From contig OZ024757.1 of assembly GCA_964016885.1 (NCBI GenBank), positions 12,338,001 to 12,402,000 on the forward strand: a stretch of DNA of 64,000 bases. Reading direction: 5' to 3'. This DNA comes from Eledone cirrhosa (taxonomy: Eukaryota). The translations under genes and the position numbers were made by a program. Position 1 is the stretch's first letter. Each line of letters opens with the position of its first letter. Below the pieces are notes generated by a model. That model saw only the letters and a list, made by a program, of their open reading frames with translations. It searched no databases and was not told the origin of the DNA. This document shows, piece after piece, positions 1 to 13,984 of the stretch.

Positions 1-224
1 AACTGCTACAATCTAACATATATGATACACAGCACATCTTTCTGTTAAAAGTGGTGACCCCGACGTGATGGACATATTTTGCTACACATATATATATGTA
101 TATACGGTATATATATGTATATATGGTACATATATGTATATACGGTATATATATATAGTACACAAAAGATATAATGGGAAAGTGAGTAGTCTAACTGGAA
201 GAGAGATTTTCGCATGTAGATGAG

Positions 225-880
225 GCACAGCAGAACTTGAGAGGAAAAGTGCTACTGTTATAAACCGTTTCCAGTCACAGGAAGGATATATAGATATGGT
301 TGATAGCTTCTGCTATCTAGGTGACCTAATCAGCAGCAGAGGAGGGTGTGCCAAGAGTAGAGTGGCTTGAATAAGGATAGGATGGAAGTTTAGTGAACCT
401 GTCCTACTGCTGATAACATAAGGTTTCTCCCTACACACAAAAGGAAGGGTATATGAAGCCTGTGTGCGATACTCCATGGTAGAGAAACATGGGCTGTGAC
501 TGAAGAGGACGTGATTAGACTGGAGAGAAATGACGCAACCATGTTTTGTTGGATGTGCAATATATATTTGGGAGAAAGGCAGAGCTTGGATGAGCTGAGG
601 GAGAAGCTGGGTTTAAGGGGAATCTGAGATGGTGTACAGGAGATACAACTGCAATACTATGGACATGTGATGTACATGGACAGTGACTGAAGGGTGAAGA
701 AATGTCAGGAAATCCTAGTGGAAGGAAGACACAGTAGAGGACGACCAAGAAAGTCAGGGGCAAATGTTGTGAGAGACGAAATCAAATCGCTAAAACTGGC
801 AGAGATGACGAAGGAACATATCTAGTGGAGAGATGCCATGCTGAGAAGGACCTGTACAACTGTTGCAAGCATGTAAAAGA
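225..880 (+). mobile_element. Degenerate RTE-clade LINE fragment (RT C-terminal part)
   Basis: GATAGCTTCTGCTATCTAGGTGACCTAATCAGC at ~302 encodes DSFCYLGDLISS, as in the RTE at 62860; followed by ETWA..., LQYYGHVM motifs with stops and frameshifts. Confidence 0.85.
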
Positions 881-984
881 AGATATAATGATGCTACACA
901 AAATATACACGATATATATAAATAATATGTGTATAGTGTATGTAGCACATATACACAAAATATACACTATTTTTTCATTTTTCA

Positions 985-1302
985 CATTTCATTTTACGTC
1001 CGCTTTTCCCTGCTTGCAAGGGTGGGACGGGAACTGATTCTGGCTTGATTTCTACAGATGGATGCCCTTCCTAACACCAACCTCATTTACAGTGAGTGCT
1101 GGGTGCTTTGTTGCCGTGGCACCTCCACGACCACTTTGCAGTGGAATGATAGGGACCCTAGTCCCTATCATCTCATTTCTACTGGAGCAATGTGAAATAA
1201 AGTCTCTTGCTCAAGGAAACAACACATCACCCGGTCTGAGAATTGAACTCACAACCTTTCGATTGCAAGACCAATGCTCTAACCACTAAGCCATGTGCCT
1301 CC
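985..1302 (-). mobile_element. tRNA-derived SINE with CORE-like middle and RTE-derived 3' tail
   Basis: Minus strand reads GGAGGCACATGGCTTAGTGGTTAGAGC (A box)...GAGTTCAATTC (B box)...CCTTGAGCAAGAGACT, then a tail matching the RTE 3'UTR at 63490-63640; second copy at 14540-14854. Confidence 0.85.
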
Positions 1303-2719
1303 TACCATATATATACTGCATATACAGAGTATATGCTACATATAGACAATATATAAACTATATATATACTACATAGACATTATATATAACGTTGTCCAAG
1401 GGAATAGCTAAAACAACTTGGCACCAATGACATCATAGATCATCATTTAATGTCTACTTTCCCTGCTAGCAAGGGTGGGACAGGTCTTTACAAACCAGGG
1501 AGAAATGGGAGAACACATCACTCTTACATATGGTCCCACATTCTACTGAGTGTATTTTATTGTGGCACCAGTACTAAAGAGGTTGTCATGTCTTTTACAG
1601 AACTGAAGGGTCCTACCAAACCTTTGTTTGGCAAGAGAAGAAAGTTGTAAAGTATTTTCAAATGTGAATTATTTTTAAAAAAAGTCATAATTTCAACTGT
1701 CATGAAAGTACCATCAACAAATATTAAAGTTATAAAATTGTTTTCATTTACACATAAATATGGATATTTTGTCATAAATATGAATATAAACCAGTTAGTG
1801 TTTGTAAAATAACACATATAAACACATCAATCTTGTTTTGTTTTTCTTGCACTGATGGAGTCATAGGGGTGTCACTGTGGACATTTGAAGCTTGGTGGAG
1901 CCCTTCACTCACCAGGTTGGAACAGGTGATTTCTTCCAGAGAAGGAGAGAGAATGAGAGAGAGGAAGTGAGATAGAAATATAGAGAGGATGAACAGACCC
2001 CTGTGGTAGACTGGTACTTTTTTGTTATCAACCTTGAATGGATGAAAGGCAAAGTTGACCTCAGCAGGATTTAAACTCAGAGAGCAGAGAACCAGAACAA
2101 ATATGGCAGAAAGCATTCCATCCATTGTTTTATAGACTTTAAATAAATGTTTCTACTTTTAAATCAACCCCAGCAATTGGAAGAGAAAGAGGAATGCAAA
2201 TTAAATCGACCCCAGTGCATTACTGGTACTTTTTTAAACCTAGAACATAAAGGGCTGTAACTATATGACACAAAGAATGTTGTCTGATGCTCTACAGATT
2301 CTGCCAATCCACCACCCTCAGCAATAAAATAAGATTGTGTCTCTATAAGAAACCTTAATGACAAATATGAAGTAGAACTTTCTACAGGGTGTATTTGTGG
2401 ATTACAATACAAAACCTGAGAATAATTTCCAACATATTTCACCATAATAAATGTTCATTAATATATATTATTATTTCGTGGCAATTTTGAGATCATTAAT
2501 CCCTACCTGAACATCCCTAAATATCTGATCTATGTAGGTCATTTTCAGTCATCCCGCTAGGGTCTTACTATGTTTAGGTATCCACCACAGGAGCCAGCTC
2601 ATCAGGTCATCCATTCATCGGTAGGAATGTCTGGCATATCTTGTCCTTCGCTCCCTAGTTATTGTAGTAATCTTCAATCTATGGCAGTATACTTCTTCCA
2701 TTTGATAGAGTATATATAT

Positions 2720-3105
2720 ATAGATGCATATGAAGGATGACAGCTACATTAAAAGGTGCAGAGCACTAAATGTCGCTGGAAGCCATAAAAGCGATGACGC
2801 AGGACGGTGCCCTCTGGCATCATGCAGTAATACAAAAAACCTGACTTCACACGGCTACAAGCCGAAGCTGAAGCATATAGACAAATATGTCCCCATCCCC
2901 ACCCACTGCAAAGTGGTCAACAAAAAAGCACCCAGCCCCCAGAGTAAAGTGGCTGTGTAGGCACCATGGTAAAAAAAGTACCTAGCACACAGAGTAAATG
3001 AGGTTTTGTGTTAAGAAGGACATCAAGCTGTAGAAATCAAGCCAAAATCAGTTCCCGTACGAGCAAGACGAGGTCACATGACGTAAAACGGTGATGATGA
3101 TAAGT
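2720..3105 (+). mobile_element. RTE LINE 3' end remnant
   Basis: MKDDSYIKRCRAL motif, 3'UTR similar to 63400-63740, (GAT)n tail. Confidence 0.8.
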
Positions 3106-3199
3106 ATAAGATAAGGATTTTTCAAGCTTCACATCTTATATTCTTCCTTACAGAGTGTGTCTGTATATTTGTGTGTTTCACATTTCACAGTGATGGGGT

Positions 3200-4288
<1,089 letters not shown>

Positions 4289-4829
4289 ATTTCTAGCTAG
4301 AGATCTTTACATAAAGGATTCTCACTACTTTTACTTATACATTAAGAAATGTAGGTATCGTTAATAGATGCCATGTATTCTAATATACAAAGGTTCCATA
4401 AAAGACTGCAGAGGTCTGCTTTCTTCTACTACAAGTTGTAATGTAGCATTTAGTTGGTACAAGTAATAAGACATATGTCAGTGTAAGACTGATCTTGGAT
4501 GAAGAAAAAGCAAGTACTTATATATATGTGTGTGATTATTGTGGAATATACCACTATTATTATTGTTAAAGTGAGAGGAGCTCTATTCACAATAAAATCC
4601 TCAGCTCATAAATCAGACGAATAAGACTTCTATAGTTAAGGTTCTTGTTATTGGGGACAGTTCAGGTGACAAGAGAATTAATATCCATAATTACAAAAGA
4701 TGAAGGTTAATATATATACATATATATATATACAGACATACTGTGTATACGTATAAGAGAGAGTAATCGACGTATGTGTGTGTGTGTGTAGGTGTTGTAA
4801 TAAATCAAGATATTTTAGTTCAGATAGAA

Positions 4830-5240
4830 AAGTTCACAATGTTTGTGTTGTGGTGGAAAACGAAATAATACGTACTTTAGTTCTCAATACCAAATATAAA
4901 GTCAAGAAATGTTAGTAAAAACTAAATGTTCACTGATTTCTGATTAAAATAATATTTTCCTGTCCTGTAAAATGTTGAACAACCACTTCAATATTTAATA
5001 ATACAGGTGATAAAACAACAACTATAAGGTAAATAAGTCACCTTATGTTATTTACAAACATTAACGTCCACCTTAATATGAAATAATCACTATAAAAGAT
5101 AAAATTAGTTGAGGTTTAAGTTGTAACAATGGAGCTGATATAAATGGTAATTTTTCACCGTTTAGTTGACACCGGTGTCATGACTTAAAAGTCCCCTACA
5201 GAATTTAATACATTAAGAAACAACTTCCGTTATATGAATT
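4830..5240. promoter_or_regulatory. Conserved non-coding module upstream of ZF genes
   Basis: Similar to 30830-31280, reverse complement 40990-41430 and partial 55790-55910; core GGTGTCATACGTTAAAAGTCCC. Confidence 0.5.
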
Positions 5241-5241
5241 T

Positions 5242-5420
5242 GCAGAAAACCACTCGAAGGTAGCATGTGTAGTATGTATATTGATATTATACGCAGGTAT
5301 ATATGATACATGTATATTTATACCTGCGTATAATATCAATATACACACTACACATGCTACCTTCGGGTGGTTTTCTGCTAGCATGTGTAGTGTGTATATT
5401 GATATTATACGCAAGTATAT
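5242..5420. repeat. Foldback: ~60-bp inverted repeat followed by a third direct partial copy
   Basis: 5242-5301 is the reverse complement of 5319-5378; 5379-5420 repeats 5261-5301. Confidence 0.9.
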
Positions 5421-5476
5421 ATATATACATGTAGATATGTTACATCAAATAAAATCGTAATTTACAATATATAATT

Positions 5477-6620
5477 GTTTCTACGTTAGGCACAAGGCCA
5501 GCAAATAGTCAGTGTATTACTGGTACTTTATTTTATCGACCCCGTAAGGATGAAAGGCAAAGTTAACCTCGGCGGGATTTGAACTCAGAATGGCAAGGGC
5601 CGTAACTCTATGCGTCAAAGCATGGCGTCCGACTCTCTACAGATACTGCCAATCCACCGCCTTGACAATATATAATAAACAGAAATTGAACGAAGACTGT
5701 GTTACACTGTCTTATGTAATCAGTAACGTAATCCATGATACATTAAAAAAGACGATATTATATATAAACTGCATTAGGAGAAAATTAGTGACAGAAAATT
5801 AGTATGTTTATTGAAGTGATGGTCAACCGGAAGTGTTGAAATTTCAGAAATTTTAAAGAAGTGAATATTTAAATAAACAAAATATATTTAATTAACAGCC
5901 ACGAAATTTAGTAGATAAATTATGTAATATTCATTCATTATTTATTCAAAGTGGATTGGCAGTATCAGTAGAGGGTCGGATGCCATGCTTTCCAGCATAG
6001 TTACGTCCCTTTACGATCTGAGTTCAAATCCCGCTGAGGTTGACTTTGCCTTTCATCCTGACGGGGTCGATAAAATAAAGTACCAGTAATGCACTGGGTA
6101 ATTGCTGGCCTTGTGCCTAAAGTAGAAACAATTATTTATTCAAAGTAATCCAACTTATTTTACTAATGGGATAACAAATTATAAACCGTACGCAGTCCCG
6201 CGCTCCTTCTTTTATTATAGTTTAGATTCATACGTTCAATAGATATGCTAGTACTTTATTCAGATTTGAATAAATAACAATATTAATTTCATATAACTGT
6301 TCATATTAAACCAAAACACATTATTAATGGTAATAAAATATTTCAGTAATGGAAAAAAAAACGAATCAAACAACGAAAATATTTGTTTCTACTTTTTGGC
6401 ACAAGGTCAGCAATTATTCCAGTGTATTACTGGATTTGAACTCAGATCATAAAGGGAGGTAACTCTATGCTACAAATCATGGCGTCCAACGCTCTACCGA
6501 TACTGCCAATCCAACGAAAATAATTGTTTCTACTTTTTGGCACAAGGCCAGCAATTACCCAGTGCATTACTGGTACATTATTTTATCGACCCCGTAAGGA
6601 TGAAAGGCAAAGTCAACCTT
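5477..6620. mobile_element. Cluster of tRNA-derived SINEs, second family (5477-5663 -, 5950-6130 +, 6385-6515 -, 6525-6620 -)
   Basis: GGATTGGCAGTATC.GTAGAG...GAGTTCAAATCCCGC.GAGGT..ACTTTGCCTTTCATCC...GATAAAATAAAGTACCAGT; further copies near 2000-2320, 8437-8612, 27085, 44760-44950, 53745-54070, 57050-57520. Confidence 0.8.
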
Positions 6621-7400
6621 AAAATAATGGGAGAAGGACAGACTTTATATTTCAGTCTCAGCTGTGATTCTGCCCCACCCTAAAGACAAAATGACAAAGG
6701 TGTTACCACAGAGAATAGCCAGAGTCGCCCACTACAAGATCCACCCCACCTCATGGGACTCCTTCCTCAAGTGGGCTGCTGTCTTTCTAATTTTAAGAAG
6801 GAAATCATCAGTGTGGGGACAAGAAGTGGTGAGTCAGGCCCCGGTATTTAACAATCTTCCTCTTCTCTCTATTGCAGGTAGTAAAGCCTGGGTTTGTGGC
6901 CGCAGTGAAAATGTTAAAGGCAGGGAATGATCCAACCCATGCTAAACCTCCAACTAATTCTGCTACTTGTCTTTTTCAGCTGTGGAGATTAGGGACATGT
7001 GAAATGATGTGTCTTGCTTAAGGACACAATGTACCTCCCTAACTGACAATTGAAAACATGATATTACCATATGTTGTATGACTTTACTATAAAATATATA
7101 TGTGTTTGTATACATATATATAGTATATATTTATGTGTATACATTGTCTCATACCATGAGAGTAACTTGGTCAGTCTATGAACTTCTCATCCGACCCTTC
7201 TATATGTATATACATGTTTGTCAGTGTGTGTGTACATATGTATATAGAATATTGTCACAACTACTATATACACCACATATACACTATATATAATATTGTC
7301 CAATATATATAGACTATATGTCATGTTGTCCAAGGGAAAGGCTGATATAGATCAGCACCAGTGACATTACAACTATTATATACACTATATATATATATAC
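6175..7400 (+). repeat. Local direct duplications (6175-7100 ~ 8223-8850 with an internal deletion; 6778-7400 ~ 11983-12600)
   Basis: Near-identical stretches starting AAATTATAAACCGTACGCAGTCCC and GCTGTCTTTCTAATTTT.AGAAGGAAATCA. Confidence 0.85.
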
Positions 7401-7514
7401 TACATACATACACTATATATAATGTCCAGAGGAATGGCTGAAACAGCTTGACACCAGCATTTATCATATATATATGCACTATACATACTATGTATACACT
7501 ATATATATATATCA

Positions 7515-8222
7515 TCATCATCACCATCATCGATTAACATCTATCTTCCATGGGTTACACAAATCCTATTTTGAGGCAAGTTGTGTCGGGTGACCGTGAC
7601 AGCTCATATAGGGGTGTTTCTGGATGGTTTTCTATGGCTGGATGCCCTTCCTAATGCCAACCACATTGACAGTGTGGGCTGGGTGCTTTTTGCTGTGTCT
7701 TTCACATGTCCACTTTACAGCATGGGCTGGGTGCTTTTTGCTGTGTCTTTCACACGTCCACTTTACAGTGTGGGCTGGGTGGGTGGGGGCATGCTGTACA
7801 TATGCTTCAGCTTGTGTTCCTGGTAAGTCAGGTCTTCTGTATTACTGCACATCGCCAGAGATCCCGGCCATGTGTCATCTCCTCTGAGAGGTACAATTGG
7901 GCAAGGTCGGCTTGTATCACCTCACACCAGGTCTTCTAACGTCTCCCCACTCCAAGGCTTCCAACAACTGAGCCCTCTGCACTTTTTTATGCAGCTGTCA
8001 TCCTTTATACGCAACACATGTCCATACCAATGCAATCTCCTCTCCTGCACACAGCATTTCATTTCTCTTATGCCTAGTTTCTCTCTCAGTTCATTTATGC
8101 TTCGACTTTCTCGCATATTACTATTACACATCCATCGGAGCATGTAGCCTTCATTTCTTTCCAATCTACACAAGTCTTCTGCATGCAGCACCCAAGTCTC
8201 ACTACCATGTAACATAGCTGTA
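7515..8222 (-). mobile_element. 5'-truncated RTE LINE
   Basis: ORF 7922-8215 MLHGSETWVL...RRLHWYGHVLRIKDDSCIKKC plus 3'UTR and (CAT)n tail. Confidence 0.9.
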
Positions 8223-8899
8223 CAAAATTATAAACCGTACGCAGTCCCACGCTCCTCCTTTTATTATAGTTTAGATTCATACGTTCAATAGATATGCTAG
8301 TACTTTATTCAGATTTGAATAAATAACGTTATTAATTTTATATAACTGTTCATATTAAACCAAAACACATTATTAAAGGTAATAAAATATTTAAGTAATG
8401 GAAAAAAAAACAAACGAATCAAACAACAAAATAATTGCTTCTACTTTTGGCACAAGGCCAGCAATTATTCCAGTGTATTACTGGTACTTTATTTTATTGA
8501 CCTCGTAAGGATGAAAGGCAAAGTTAACCCTGGCGGGATTTGAACTCAGATCATAAAGTGAGGTAACTACAAAGCATGGCGTCCAACGCTCTACCGATAC
8601 TGCTAATCCAACGAAAATAACGGATGAGGGACAGACTATATATTTCAGTCTGAGCTGTGATTCAGCCCCACCCTACAGACAAAATAGCAAAGGTGTTACC
8701 TCAGAGAATTACCAGAGGCATGTGGAATGATGTGCCTTGCTTAAGGACACAATGTACCTCCCTAACTGAGAATTGAAAACATAATAGGATGTATGACTTC
8801 CCTATATATATATATATGTGCGTTTGTATACACATTTATAAATATCTGTGTGTGTGTGTACATATGCATATCTCTCTCTCTATATATATATATATATCC

Positions 8900-9319
8900 A
8901 TATCATCATCATCATCGTTTAACGTCTATCTTCCACGCTAGGAAGAGTTAGACGGGAATTGTCCCACTTGTGGCAAGATTGATTGGGTGGCCATGTCTTG
9001 CTTCTATAGGACTGTATCTGGTAGGTTTTCTATGGCTGGATGCCCTTCCTTACACCAACCACATTTACATATGGACTGGGAACCTTTTTACCGTGTAACC
9101 TACATGACCACTTTACAGTGTGGACTGGGTGTTTTTGTCATGACACCTGCATGACCACTTTAGTTTGGATGGGATGTTCTGGTACCAACATAGCTTTACA
9201 GAGAACGGGTGGTGTTGGTGGGAGTGGGAGAATGGAGTAGGGGTAGTGGGTTGGGGTGTATATTTGGTTAAGAGGTGCCTACTGAGTGTAGGTTAGCTTT
9301 GTATGTAGGGAAGGAAGGT

Positions 9320-9320
<1 letters not shown>
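8900..9320 (-). mobile_element. RTE LINE 3'UTR fragment
   Basis: (CAT)n tail and GGATGCCCTTCCT.ACACCAACC motif shared with 12600-12960, 21360-21700 and 46435-46790. Confidence 0.75.
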
Positions 9321-9378
<58 letters not shown>

Positions 9379-9385
<7 letters not shown>

Positions 9386-9862
9386 CGTAAAATAAGAAAA
9401 TTATAAAATTAACTTACTTACTAAAAAATCACTTCCAACTAATTAGTTTCTGGAATGGAGTAAATATATTTTCCGAAGAAACACATCGAAAATCATTCCG
9501 TCATCAGGAAAGTCTTTTTCCGTATAGGTCTCCAGGCATAGCGAGGACACTGGAAACTTATTAAAAAAATAATTCAGTGGAATGGAAATAGCAAAGCGTG
9601 GACTGGATTCCAAGCCATTGAAAAAATCACTGCCTCCTCGTCTGTGGCAAATTCAAAAAGAATCAATCACGTGACATCGAGGTCAATCAGTGGAAAGCGA
9701 GTGGTTATTAAGACAGCGGCCAGCTTACTACCATAGTAGCAGTCATGGCCAAATATTGCTCGACAAATGAATTGGAGATAATTATAAGGAATTTATATCT
9801 AGTAACATTTATATACACACAGATGCATATCAATGCTAGCAAATATATAGGTTTTGTCTATA
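9379..9862 (-). mobile_element. Non-coding hammerhead-bearing unit (retrozyme/pLTR-like) in a (TA)n tract
   Basis: Flanked by TA repeats; contains the HHR at 9431-9513; permuted relative at 18670-18840. Confidence 0.7.
9431..9513 (-). ncRNA. Type I hammerhead ribozyme motif
   Basis: ACTTTC-CTGATGA-C GGAATG...CATTCC A-GAAA-CTAATTAG-TT-GGAAGT; palindromic stem III (AACTAATTAGTT); C/A mismatch at the base of stem II. Confidence 0.75.
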
Positions 9863-9909
9863 TATATGTAATATGTATATACACATGGGTTTGTATGATT
9901 GTGTATAGA

Positions 9910-11980
9910 AGATTATATTAATAAAAGGAATTCCAACGTTGTCTGATTTACTCGTTTTATTTACAATACTTTAAAATTTTTAATGGTATTAGAATGAAAT
10001 AGTATGGTGGAATATTAAATGTTAAGTGTTAATTGAACAAGTACTTTCATGCTTTCGCAATCTTCAGGTTCATAATGTGTGGTGACAGTCAAGTTTGCAA
10101 TTTTCAACTGTAATGAGATGGATAAATGTTGTGCCTTATATACAGTGAAAAGTGGCTCCAGAATGCTAAATCTTGCAAACTGTATTTTGACCAATTGGTG
10201 TGTAATTTCACTGTATTACTAAAGCTGATTGGTCTAGGTGTCACCGTTGGTTGAACATGTCTAACGACTACTAATTGACCCTATCCAAAGCATAAATTGT
10301 TTTGCTATTTTTAGAAATGATGAAAATAGCATTTTCTAGTAATCATCACCATCAACATCACTTTTATTATTATTATTATTATTGTTGTTGTTGTTGTTAG
10401 TGGTCGTAGTCATAGTCATAGTAGGATTAAATACCCATTATTATTGTTCATTTAGCTTGGGTTGAATTTATCAATAAAATTCTTTTCTTTGATTTTTCTC
10501 TTAATTTCACTTGGGCTGTGTAATTTGTAGAATGGGAATATTATAAATATTCCCTGATCACATGTTGCTAGATGGTTACTTAGGGGTATCTGACGGACAT
10601 TTGGGTTTCTGATTTGCTGTTGGTGTACCCGTGCACGTTGCGATAGTGCATTTCCAGTTTGACCGACATATAGTTCTTCACAATTCGGGCATTTAATGCA
10701 GTAAATTAGATTTCTGCTTTTGCAGTTCATATTTGCATTTGGGAATATTTTTCCAGTTTTTGTTTTCATATATTGACCGGCGTGTATGGATTGACATGTG
10801 CCACATCGACTATCATTGCATTTAGATACAGTGAATGATTGGTCTTTGCTTTTGTTAGTAATTGCTTCAAATATTTTGGCTGTCTTTTACTAAGAGTCAA
10901 AGATCGATCTGTGATTAAGCCTTTTAATTCATTACTTTGAGCAATGATGGGTAAGTTTGCTTTGGCAGTGTTGAAGATATTCTGGTGACATGGGTTGTGT
11001 GTCATTATAAATGGTATGACCAGTTCTTGGTTTCTTCTTCCTTGGGTTGTCCTAAGTTGTTGTATAGGTATTTTTATAACCCGCTGTATACCATTTTCTA
11101 TAAGTAGAGATGGGTATTTTTGTTTGAGCAAAAATTCTCTTAGTTCTGTTAGGCGTTTGTACCTGGTATTCGTATCTTCTACAATGGTACAAATTCTTCT
11201 GGCTAGGCAGTATGGGATGTTGCGTTTTGTATGAGGTGGATGTCACGACTTAAAATTCAGATATTGATGGGTGTCTGTGTGTTTATAATATATATCCGTG
11301 GTAATGGTGGTGTCGTTTTTGATTATCATTATATCTAGGAATGGTAATTTGGTAGTATTCATCTCTTTTGTGAATTGGAGAGATGGGTGTAGGTTATTCA
11401 GGAGGATATTGAACTCATCCAGAGTATCTAGAGATGTTGTCCAGATGATGAAACAGTCGTCAAGGTATCTCTTCCAAGATTTTTCAAAGTACTATATTTT
11501 TCCTCTATTTCTTGATAGAGTTGTTGTTCTAAGTATCCCATTACAGAGTTCGCGTAAACAGGAGCAAACTTCGTTCCCATCGCTGTGCCTCTAATTTTGA
11601 TTTAATTCTTTCCATTGAAAAAGTGTTGTTTTCCAGAATAAGTTTAACTGCGTCTAATATAAATGGGGCTGTGAATCTGATGGGAATCACTTCTCTATGT
11701 TTTTCCACACGGTATTTAACCGCCTTTATTCCTAAATCATGTGTAATGTTGGTGTAAAGGCTTACTACATCAAAACTAAGTAGAAGTGAATTCGTTTCCG
11801 TGGTTTTGGGAAGCTGGGACAGGAAGTCGATATCATCCCGGATGTGAATACATAGTGGTTTCAAAATAAAGTCAACAAAATTGCTTAGACGGTGGGTGGG
11901 GCAAAAACTTAAAACTTAGACCTATTATAGCTGGTCCAACATACCCCACCCACCGTCTAAGCAATTTTGTTGACATTATT
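9910..11980 (-). mobile_element. Penelope-like retroelement, 5'-truncated and frameshifted (RT + GIY-YIG endonuclease), with a short 5' inversion
   Basis: LLSFDVVSLYTNI (11541-11864), RYLDDCFII (~11443-11470), NLIYCIKCPNCEELYVGQT...R..HQ (10452-10769); LKLRPIIAGP..PTHRLSNFVDII inverted on the plus strand at ~11908-11980. Confidence 0.93.
10034..10072 (-). ncRNA. Minimal type I hammerhead ribozyme in the Penelope 3' region
   Basis: TGAAC-CTGAAGA-T TGC GAAA GCA T-GAAA-GTAC-TT-GTTCA; palindromic AAGTACTT stem III. Confidence 0.85.
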
Positions 11981-12597
11981 TTGCTGTCTTTCTAATTTTG
12001 AGAAGGAAATCAGCAGTGTGGGCACAAAGAAGAAGTGGTTTGTCAGGCCCCGGTATTTAACTATCTTTCTCTTCTCTCTATTGCATGTAGTAAAGCCTGG
12101 GTTTGTGGCCGTAGGGAAAATGTTGGAGGCAGAGAATGATCCAACCCATGCTAAACCTCCAACTAAAGCTGATACTTGTCTTTTTCAGCTGTGGAGATTA
12201 GAGACATGTGAAATGGTGTGTCTTGCTTAAGGACACAATGTACCTCCCTAACTGACAATTGAAAACATGATATTACCATATGTTGTATGACTTCACTATA
12301 CAATATATATGTGTTTGTATACCTATATATAATATATATTTGTGTATACATTGTCTCATTCCATGAGAGTAACTTGGTCAGTCTATGAACTCCTCATCTG
12401 ACCCTTCTATATGTATATACATGTTTGTCAGTGTGTGTGTACATATGTATATAGAATATTGTCACAACTACTATATACACCACATATACACTATATATAA
12501 TATTGTCCAATATATATAGACTATATGTCATGTTGTCCAAGGGAAAGGCTGATATTGATCAGCACCAGTGACATTACAACTATTATATACACTATAT

Positions 12598-13405
12598 ATC
12601 ATCATCATCATTATCATTTAATGTCTATCTTCCACGCTAGCATGGGTTAGACGGGAATTGTCCCACTTGAGGCAAGATTGATCGGGTAACAGTGACTCGC
12701 TCGTATAGGACTGTATCTGGCAGGTTTTCTACAGCTGGATGCCCTTCCTAACACCAACCACATTTCCAGTGTGGACTGGGAGTCTTTTCGTGATGACACC
12801 TACACTACCTCTTTAGTTTGGACTGGATGTTGTGGTACCAACATAACTTTACAGAGACATGGTGGTGTTGGTGGGAGGATGGAGTAGGGGTGTGTGGGTT
12901 GGGTGTATATTTGGTTAGGAGGGGCTTACTGACTGTAGGTTAACTTTGCACGTAGGGAAGGCAGGTCTTCTCTGTTAGTGTGTGGTGCCATAGATCTCGA
13001 TCCAGTGACATTTTCTAAGAGAGGTGTAAGTGTGCAAGTTTGGATTTTATGTCGTCCCAGGTGTTTCTGGGTCTACCTACTCCGTAACTTCCATCAATTT
13101 TGATCACCCTGCACTTTCATGCGCATCACATGACCATTCCAACGTAATCTTCTCTCAAGTAAACAGCATCTGATCCCTCTTATACCTAATTCTCACAAAG
13201 TTTGTTTATGTTTTGCCGTTCATGTATATTACAATTACACGTCCAACAGAGCATGCATGCTTTGTTCCTTTCGAATCTGCGCAGGTCCTCTGCACACAAT
13301 GCCCATGTCTCACTACCATGTAACATTGCTGTTCGTATACACGCATCATACAGCCTGCCTTTCATTTTTAGAGAAACTTTTTGTGTCCAGCAGCGGTATT
13401 AGCTC
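12598..13405 (-). mobile_element. 5'-truncated RTE LINE
   Basis: Reverse strand encodes KMKGRLYDACIRTAMLHGSETWALCAEDLRR; 3'UTR and (CAT)n tail. Confidence 0.88.
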
Positions 13406-13409
13406 ATTG

Positions 13410-13870
13410 TGACATGTGAGAGAAACCATTCTCTTTGAATGTTACATTAACTACACACAAACATATACATACAGCTGGGAAGCCATATCACTTTGATATA
13501 TTTGGTAAATCTTTCTCTAAATGTTGTGGCTTCACTAGACACTAACATATACAGGAGAGTAACTATATCACTATGATGTCTGTGGTAAATGTTTCTCTAA
13601 ATTCTGTGACTTTACTACACACTAACATATACAGGTGAGGAACCATATCACTGTGATGTCTGTGGTACCTCACTCTCTAAATGTTGTGGCTTCACTACAC
13701 ACTAACATATACAGGAGAGGAACCATATCACTGTGATGTCTGTGGTACCTCACTCTCTAAATGTTGTGGCTTCACTACACACTAACATATACAGGAGAGG
13801 AACCATATCACTGTGGTGTCTCTGGTACCTCACTCTCTAAAATTTGTTTGCTTTTAAGAAACCACTGGTA
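13410..13870 (+). pseudogene. Decayed C2H2 finger array turned into an 80-bp tandem repeat
   Basis: ACAGGAGAGGAACCATATCACTGTGATGTCTGTGGT (TGEEPYHCDVCG) recurs with an 80-bp period (13481, 13561, 13641, 13721, 13801). Confidence 0.85.
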
Positions 13871-13984
13871 AATGAAATAATTGCCTTATGTTGTTTATTA
13901 CATAACTATTAAGCTCTGTTACCTACATAGAGCACTCTTTTTTCCTGGACTTTTCCGACGGAATTACTTCACATATATATATAT

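Noticed and set aside
1225-1302. tRNA gene (also 14790-14854 and the second-family SINE heads)
   Set aside because: A and B boxes are present but there is no complete cloverleaf, and the sequence is fused to a SINE body
5827-5835. ETS motif CCGGAAGTG (also ~22969) and YY1 motif AAGATGGCGGC at 37357-37367
   Set aside because: Single short motifs with no supporting promoter evidence
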